DNA from: Eledone cirrhosa
Taxonomy: Eukaryota
DNA: 64,000 nucleotides
Assembly (NCBI GenBank): GCA_964016885.1
Contig: OZ024751.1
Span: 25,668,001 to 25,732,000 of the forward strand
Direction: 5' to 3'
Both the position numbers and the translations under genes were made by a program. Shown here piece after piece: positions 55,266-64,000 of the stretch (position 1 is the stretch's first letter; every line of letters starts with the position of its first letter). The notes below the pieces were generated by a model. The model searched no databases, was not told where the DNA came from, and worked only from the letters and a program-made list of their open reading frames with translations.

Positions 55266-57451
55266 CATACATACATACATACATACATACATACATACAT
55301 ACATACATACATACATACATACATACATACATACATACATACATACATACATACGTACGGTGGTGGAGAAGACGATTATGCGTAAAGAGTGAGAGATAAG
55401 AAATAATTTAGACACCACATATATGCTATAGTACTGCAAGCATAATATTTTTTTATTTCTACTTAAATTGTTGCATCTAAATTTAAGACAAAACCATATT
55501 AATGCTTTACATATGTCTATATATATGATTTCGGGGGGGTCAAAATTCTCTTAATTTTTATTTCATTTAAATGGAATTTGAATAAATTCTTCTCAGCTTC
55601 ATTTATAATTTTTACAGAAATTCTTCTCCATTTTCTTATTTTGTTGTTCGTTTTTGATTGTTTTGCTACTTCGGATTTGTTGTTGCCCACATTATTTAGT
55701 GCCTCTTTTAAATCTCACAAGATTTTTATTCCTTTTTCACGAGCATTTATTCTTGATTTCTTTTTAGTTTGTGGGTTCGACATCTCTATATTTGACATCC
55801 ACCATTTTCTTTCAACATTTTTTCTTTCATATTTCATTTTAATCCAATTTATTATCTCTTTTTCTGTTCATCATATTTTTTCCATATTTTTATGGCGAAT
55901 ATAATAGAATTAAGGGGAAATAAAACAGAATAATAAGAGGTCACTAGAAAATACTAGAAAATACAATTATAACGTTATAGTTGATTATCGGTGGGTCCTT
56001 TGTCTGGCGTTGCGATGCGCATTCTGTTAATCAACTAACTGAACTTTCGACTTATGAAATTTATATGAAGGTCGCAGAATATTCCACTGACATATGGATA
56101 TATAACGTAATTCTCAGACCAAATCAGCGAGATACAATTTGATGAATCTGGACCTTTGAATTGGCAATAGAATCCAGTGAGAGCGAGAGAAAGGGAAAGT
56201 AAGAGAGAAAGAGTAGGAGTGAGAAGGGGGGAAACAAAAAGAGAAAGGAAGAAAATAATCGACCACACTTCTGGATTGATTCTTTATTTAACGATCCTGA
56301 AAGAATGTGAAGTTGACCTCGGCGGCCTTTCACTTTATGGCTTCGTAAAGACGTTTATCCGATGTCGTATTGTATAATATACTTTCTCGGGCTGCAGATT
56401 GGAATGCTGAACTACAGGGTTGCATAACAAACGTCTAAAGCTCTCAACCATTTAGTATGATGTCCTCGGTGTAATGGGTCCCAGATTAAATCATGAATGC
56501 AACATCGGTGACAGGATGTGAATCTTCTAGACATTACTGTTAGTTAGCCACCTAAACTATCGCCGTAATATGACACAAAACCGATAAACTCTAAGCTAAA
56601 TACCACATAGTTAACTTATCGATGAATGAAGGGAGTCAATCTGATAGATTTATTAGAGCGATGGCCATTCGATCCGAGTCTCTGAGTTTTGAATACAAAT
56701 CTCACTGAAGGTCTTAAATTCTCATTCTTTCAGCGTTGATTAAGAAAACTCCAGTGCAGTGATCCGTACGCTCTCACTTTCTCTCTCTCTCCATCTTTCT
56801 CTTTCTATATATATATATATGTGTATACGAGTATGTGTGGGAGGGGGGGGGGCGTGTGTATGTATGTATTGAACCATGAACAGAAAACAAAAGTCAAACA
56901 TAGGTGGTTAATTAGTTAATTCCTTTACGATCGTTTCAGACAGCTGACTGATCATGGTAGAACAATAGTAGTGGTGACATCGCTACATGTTTCTAGTCCT
57001 GGTCAATCTCACCGTCATTATGAAAAACAGTGAACCATGACTTACATTTGCTATATATATCTGGAGACTGGAATTAGCGAGTCGGGTGCACCAGCCACTC
57101 GTGGGGGGAAGAGAAATACGATAATGTATAAATTAATTACGAAGAAAATTAGGTGGATACAAGTGGAATTTAATATATATATATATATATGCATTTCTTC
57201 TTTTTTTTCTTCGTTTCTCTTTCTTTCTCTCTTTATCTCTTTCTTTTTACAACTATCCACAATATTTTTTACTACCAAATCAACCTCCCAAATGCAAGGT
57301 GATTGAAAGGTATGTCGTATCTATTTATTTATAAGACTGTTTATATTGTATTTTGTCTGAAGATGGCATAACATATTGTTAATATGATATCCTTGAAATA
57401 TATATAACGAAATAAATATGGTTTTATAAATATAGTTTCCATTTATTTAAT

Positions 57452-57485
<34 letters not shown>

Positions 57486-57488
<3 letters not shown>

Positions 57489-57686
57489 GAGGTAATGCGG
57501 GAAAGTTCCTAGCTTTAAGGGCATCGCGAAAGGGCAGAGTTGTAACGTTACAGGGGAGGTAGGACTGCTGAATAAGTGCGTGGATCTGAGAAAGGAGAAT
57601 ATGTTAAATAAAATCACAATTAACTGATACTCATGTATCTTCTTTTACCGAAAGCCATGAATTTTTCCAGCAGCACCGCCTGTGTA
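57486..57686 (+). mobile_element. Mariner-derived MITE / deletion derivative
   Basis: Imperfect TIRs (gaaagttcctagcttt ... aaagccatgaattttt), TA flanks, relic KCVDLR.GEYV C-terminal codons. Confidence 0.6.
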
Positions 57687-57700
57687 TATATATACACACC

Positions 57701-57742
<42 letters not shown>

Positions 57743-57788
57743 AGGAAGTGTAAGTCAACAGGTTAAATTAACTCATCTATTCATAGTG

Positions 57789-57847
57789 GCTGTTATATAT
57801 ATTTCGGTGATAACCATTATGCAACACTTATGACCTCATCAGACAGC
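57789..57847 (-). ncRNA. Type I hammerhead ribozyme (family D)
   Basis: GCUGU-CUGAUGA-GGUCAUAA...UUAUCACC-GAAA-UAUAUA-UA-ACAGC. Confidence 0.8.
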
Positions 57848-58787
57848 TAAGTTTGACCCCCCCCCCCAAAAAAAAACACATCGTTGAGTGCTCTACCCTG
57901 CATACTGAAGTGTAGGTAAACACATACTCGAATTAATATAAATATTAATATATATATATTATATACACCCAGCTGTCACCCTATGGATCTTTCACTATAT
58001 AAAAGAAGGGTAGAGCGACTGTATGGACCTCTAAAATCCTTTGTAGACCCTGGTACATACTAGCAGATGATATTTGATTGCGAGTGATGGTTGTAGTTTA
58101 GCGACGAATAAACCAGAGATTAATCTGATAAAATAAAAAAGAAATTTAATCGTTAATTGATTAACTAATTATTTATTTATCTAATTAATTCATTAATTAG
58201 TGTAAACATAAATAAAAGAAATATTTAGTTATATAGATGTGAAATGTCACAAGACATTTTTACAATGTAATCAGAAGTTAGTTCTCTAGTGTGATTTTCA
58301 CACATTTCTGATTTTACTATATTTCTCTTTCAACTGTTAATGAAAGACACCGATAAATGTTCTCTTGTCTTCATTCAACGCGTTTATTCCGTGATTTTTT
58401 CTTTTATTCTTTAATTCTTTTAACATTATATTATTTCATTCTTTAAACCTTTTTAACCTTTTATTCTTTATTGTTTCTGTCGTTTCGGTTGTTGGCGGAG
58501 GCCATTCTCTATAACCATCTTCGACGATTTACTTAATTATATCGAAAATCTAGTATTGATTGTAGTCTGGTATTTCTATTTTATCGAACCAGTAAATTAT
58601 GGCGTTTGGGGACATAAACACACATAATACATATAAAACAACGATTGAACCCTTCTGGAACCAAACCGCCTGGTTTTATTCTTGGTTTTACGATATAAAA
58701 CTATTTAATTTAAAATCTTTATATTTATCTAAAAGCTTCCATCATAACTGTGTTACAAAAACATGTTACAAACACCAACTTAATAAT

Positions 58788-60125
58788 AGGCCAACAATTT
58801 TGTGGGGAAGGGAAGTCAATTAAATCAACTCCAGCAAGTTACTGGTGCTTTATTTTATCGCCCCCCGTAAGGATGAAGGGCAAACTAACTTCGGCGAGAT
58901 TTGAATTCAGGATGTAAAGGGTCGCAACTTAATACCGCAAACATATTGTTCGACGTTCTACTGACTCTGCCAATCCCTCGCCCTAAACACTAACTTAATA
59001 ATGAAGAGATTAGTTATTCTAGTTAATTCTTCCACATACATGACTATTTTCAACATTATTTTAATAATTATATGCTGTTTTTCACTAGAAATATGGTAAT
59101 CATGGACTTTATCCTTTAGATACCAAACTGCATGGACCCGCTTTTAGTCAACGATGAATAACTGATTGTTAAAATGCTTATATTTATCTAAAACCTTTCC
59201 ATCTTAATCTTATGTAAGAATATTTGTTACATTATGATCCACACTTTAGCATAATAATGAGATATTTAGAGATATTATTAAATCCATTGAAATCTGGTGT
59301 GATTTTGAATATGATATGCTGTATTTTTCATTAGAAATATGATAACAAAATTAATCCTTTTGGTATGAAACCATCTAAAACTATTCATGGTTATATGATA
59401 CAATTATGTCTGCATTAATGTCAGAGATATAGCTGAGTGGCTAGAGAGTTGGATTCACAATCTTGAGGTTGTGAGTTCGATTCCTGGACCGGGCTATTCG
59501 TTATGTCCTTAAGCTAGACACCTTATTTCACGTTCCTCCTTCTACCTGGAGTTGCGACCGATAGATAGTATCAGCAACTGGAAAGACAAACGGAAACATT
59601 GTTTCCTCGGTCCGATTTGACGAAAGTCAATCGATATAGCATATAGGAATGAGTTCAAATACCGTTTGTATTTCACCTTGTCTTTTAATTCTCTGGCGGT
59701 TTTAGGAAATGTTTTCTGATTTAGTCACAAGGCCTACAATTTTGGTGGGAGGGGAAAGACGATTAAATTGACTTCAGAGCATTACTAGTGCTTTATGTTT
59801 TCTAACACGGCAGGATTTGAACTCAGAATATAAAGGGACGTAACTATATGCTGTAAAGCCTGTTAACCGACGCTCTAACGATACTGCCAATTTGCCAATT
59901 CACCGCCCTCTTTTATAATTTAATGGTGGTTTCTGATTTTTAGACACAAGGCCAGTAATTTCGTGGGGATGGGGAGATGATTAATTCGATACCAGTGCAT
60001 TGCTGGTGCTGTATTAATGGCAAAGATAACCTCAGTGGTATTAGAACTCAGAACACAAAGGGACGTAACTCTATGCCTCAAAACATGTTATCCGACGCTC
60101 TACCAATTATTGCCAATCCCTTACC
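58788..60125. mobile_element. SINE cluster: family 1 (-) at 58788-58984, 59709-59908 and 59925-60125; family 2 (+) at about 59427-59570
   Basis: Diverged consensus matches; the family 2 copy has the B box gagttcgattcc. Confidence 0.75.
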
Positions 60126-60671
60126 CAGAGGGTTTGTGAAAATAACTCTTACAACCAGTTATCTGATTCAATAGATATTTATAACCAGCTTCTGTAGAAA
60201 AATTTAGGGTTAGATTTTTGACAAAAATAGAAACACTTTAGAACTGAAGATAACGTCCCTAAAGACATTCTTTGATTTGTGGCATTCGTTCGAAAATGTC
60301 TGCAATATGTTTAAAAAAAGAACATTGTCATATGTTCTATAAGCTTCGAGAAGAATTGAATTATCTTAATAATCTTGCTAACATTTATTTTATCAACTTT
60401 TCAGTTTTATCATTAAAATTGTTCTACATATTTATGCAAGTTCGTACAAATTAATTTAAGTGCATATGTATGTGTATAAATACGTATATATATACCTATA
60501 TATCTATGCATATATATCATATATGCATATATATCTATATATGCATATGTATATATATATATACACACACACACGCGCGCACGCATATACGTATATATAT
60601 ATATATATATATATCATTGCCAGAGTGTGAGATTCTAAACACTGAAGAATAAACCCACAAAAGAGGTAAAT

Positions 60672-60943
60672 TTAATACAAAGAATGGTGTGTACATGAGC
60701 TGAGAAGCTATAAAATATCTTATAAAATAAACTGAAGACCTTAAAAGACGAAAAACATCAGTCGCCATCAGCTGCTATGAGGAATCGAACCCCATATCCG
60801 TTAGATAAGTCGCTGGTATCTGAGAGATACGGGATTTCGATTCCTCAGGGTGCCTCGCAACTTCGTTTTTTAAGTGTCTTCACCCTATTTTATAAGCGTT
60901 TTCATAGTATCTCCGGTCAAGTACACATCATTCTTTATATTAA
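60672..60943. mobile_element. Old about 270-bp imperfect inverted repeat (fold-back/MITE-like)
   Basis: Pairs such as aagaatggtgtgtac / gtacacatcattctt, tgaagaccttaaaagacgaa / ttcgttttttaagtgtcttca and tgaggaatcgaa / ttcgattcctca. Confidence 0.7.
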
Positions 60944-61084
60944 GAGTCCAGAATTAGCCGTCGAAACGGCTTGAGCTCAGCTGTCGGGGTCTTACTGGTT
61001 CCTATTACCCACTCTACTACCCCAAGTATTGAGTACTTTGGTGCGTTATGGTCCACCTGGTTCCTTACCACATTTCCTTCGTTA
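60943..61084 (+). mobile_element. Family B element without inverted arm
   Basis: Almost identical to 62442-62579. Confidence 0.8.
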
Positions 61085-61527
61085 TATATATATATATATA
61101 TATAAAGAGAGAGGGAAAGATATATACATATATATATGTATGTGTTCGTGGTATATATGCGTATGTGTGTGTGTTTCCATTTGTATGAATTGATTATTCA
61201 TATTTTTATTGTGTAGATTTACATTTATATATCTAATATGTTTAGACCCACACACACATGCATGTGTGTGCGTGTTTATGTGTGTGTATGTGTGATTGTA
61301 TGTATCTATCTATGACAGAATACGCACGTATAATTTTCCTATCATTTTTCTCCTTTTTCCTCTTTCCTTCCTCTTCACACTCCTTTCTTTGTATGTATCT
61401 ACTACTTCTAAGTCTAGTTTGCGAGGAAGGACTAGTATCCGAAATGTTGATTCTTTTGTTTTGCTAGTTCAAGCGTTAAACTAACATATTTGTTCAATGT
61501 TAGTTTAACGCTTTTACATATGTAAAC

Positions 61528-61565
<38 letters not shown>

Positions 61566-61604
61566 ATAGGTATATGCATATGTTTGTGTGCATATGTGCG
61601 TATA

Positions 61605-61712
<108 letters not shown>

Positions 61713-62157
61713 TCGAAGACAGAACTTTATGTAAATATCGCTAAAATAACACAGAAACAAAAGACATCCAATTCCTAGATCAGATTATAATATACTTTTA
61801 ATAATCTTCCAACGTATTTCATTGTTACAGCAAAGTTTTTGTGTAGCTATTCACAAGACTGGATGTTGTTGGTGAAGACTGTATCTCTTTATGTGTGAAG
61901 ACAGCGTACCGTGCACATAGTCAGACGTGTTAAATCTGCTTGCGCCAGCTTCGCCACCACTTTACTTTCAATCGAGTTCCTTCCCATGCCTTCCAGACAA
62001 GCCTTGTTTTTGTCAGCTGACTCTGTAACAATACCGTCACAACATATCCAGTTCCTCAGTGAATTAACAACCAAACAAGGAACTGGGCATATCAGAGTAT
62101 TTTACAATATTATACACCTAAACAACATATGTACTTGTCTATACCACACTAATTCAA

Positions 62158-62212
62158 ACTGCCTGAAGAGGTCACAGCCCAAGATGGCTGTCACTGAGAT
62201 ATATATAGCAGT
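62158..62212 (+). ncRNA. Family D hammerhead with mutated core (GAGA instead of GAAA)
   Basis: ACUGC-CUGAAGA-GGUCACAGCCcaagauGGCUGUCACU-GAGA-UAUAUA-UA-GCAGU. Confidence 0.6.
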
Positions 62213-62377
62213 AATAAACGAAGCTAAATTTTAATCATTTGACTTTTATTTAACTTTATTTTACATTACTCCGGAGTAACCAAACCAACCTGCGCAATTC
62301 GTCGAGTGCGCCAGCCTGCATACTGAGGTGTTGGTATACAACCAACATAAACTCAAAATATATATATATATATATAT

Positions 62378-62576
62378 ATAGGAACCAGTAAGACCCCGAC
62401 AGCTGAGCTCAAGCCGTTTCGACGGCTAATTCTGGACTCATTCCAGAATTAGCCGTCGAAACGGCTTGAGCTCAGCTGTCGGGGTCTTACTGGTTCCTAT
62501 TACCCACTCTACTACCCCAAGTATTGAGTACTTTGGTGCGTTATGGTCCACCTGGTTCCTTACCACTTTTCCTTCG

Positions 62577-62579
<3 letters not shown>
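62378..62579 (+). mobile_element. Family B fold-back element with perfect 59-bp arms
   Basis: Arms 62378-62436 / 62442-62500, spacer ctcat. Confidence 0.85.
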
Positions 62580-62636
<57 letters not shown>

Positions 62637-62683
62637 TTGTGTGTATCTATATACTTATATATCTATATGTATAATATATATGC

Positions 62684-62824
62684 ATGTATATTTAGGGTAA
62701 TTATCGACGGTGAATAGACTCGTTGGAGGAATATCGATCTTTATATGAATATATATATGTGTAGACAAGACCACTATTGCTTCAACCAATCTATTCACCA
62801 TCGATAACGACCCTAAATATACAT
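62684..62824. repeat. Imperfect inverted repeat (about 55-bp arms) around a TA-rich core
   Basis: atgtatatttagggtaattatcgacggtgaataga / tctattcaccatcgataacgaccctaaatatacat. Confidence 0.75.
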
Positions 62825-62843
62825 ATACTACACATACATACTT

Positions 62844-63250
<407 letters not shown>

Positions 63251-63612
63251 TGAGAGAGAGAGAGAAAGAGAGAGAGAGAGGGAGAGAGAGGGAGAGAGAG
63301 AGAGAGAGAACAAATGGAAGTAAATAATTCAATAGTGAGGTGGCAAAACTTTAACAAAATTCATCAGAGCAATCGATAAGAGTTCAATATGATCAGTGAC
63401 TTAACTATCAACAAATCATCCAATAAAGATATCAAAGTCATCGATATATCCCACAAATTAATTTTGGTCATCAACAAAAAATTAGTACAGATAATATTAA
63501 AAACAATTGATAATTGAATCAGTCAGTAAGTATATATGTATATATATATATATATATGCGTGTGTATATATATATGTATATATATATGTGTGTGTGTGTT
63601 TTTCGGTGTGTA

Positions 63613-63705
<93 letters not shown>

Positions 63706-63710
<5 letters not shown>

Positions 63711-63917
63711 AACGAGTAGGACCCCGACGGCTGAACTCAAGCCGTTTCGACGGATAATTCTGGACACAAGAGTCCACTGCGGTCCAGAATTAGCTGTCGA
63801 AACGGCTTGAGCTCAGCCGTCGGGTTCCTACTCGTTCCTATTACCCACTCTACTACCCTAAGTATTGAGTACTTTGGTGCGTTATGTTCCACCTGGTTCC
63901 TTACCACATTTCCTTCG

Positions 63918-63920
<3 letters not shown>
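63706..63920 (+). mobile_element. Family B fold-back element with 60-bp arms
   Basis: Arms 63706-63765 / 63782-63841, 16-nt spacer. Confidence 0.85.

Positions 63921-64000
<80 letters not shown>

Noticed and set aside
60770-60860. tRNA gene
   Set aside because: Only a T-arm/B-box-like motif; no cloverleaf could be drawn. The same applies to the SINE heads.

Overview
This is eukaryotic, very AT-rich, repeat-saturated DNA with no intact recognisable protein-coding gene. The SINE consensus sequences and microsatellite load resemble an octopod cephalopod genome (inference from memory, not a database match). Nearly all ORFs in the supplied track are microsatellite or minisatellite artefacts. Supported content: (1) about 25 copies of a tRNA-derived SINE plus a second SINE family; (2) decayed retroelements: an RTE reverse transcriptase, R4/Dong-like RLE elements, a Tx1/L1 fragment and a Penelope-like GIY-YIG 3' end; (3) mariner and hAT-like relics; (4) minisatellites of 20, 42, about 45 and 65 bp; (5) two weak candidate exons. 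The most notable signal is a set of at least six short element families, mostly embedded in (TA)n tracts, carrying type I hammerhead ribozyme (HHR) folds that can be read base by base. These show compensatory stem changes, a recurrent U-U at the base of stem II and a family-fixed non-canonical CAGAAGA core. Seven copies are fold-back palindromes whose turn lies inside the ribozyme and whose short arm ends 20-23 nt past the predicted cleavage site.
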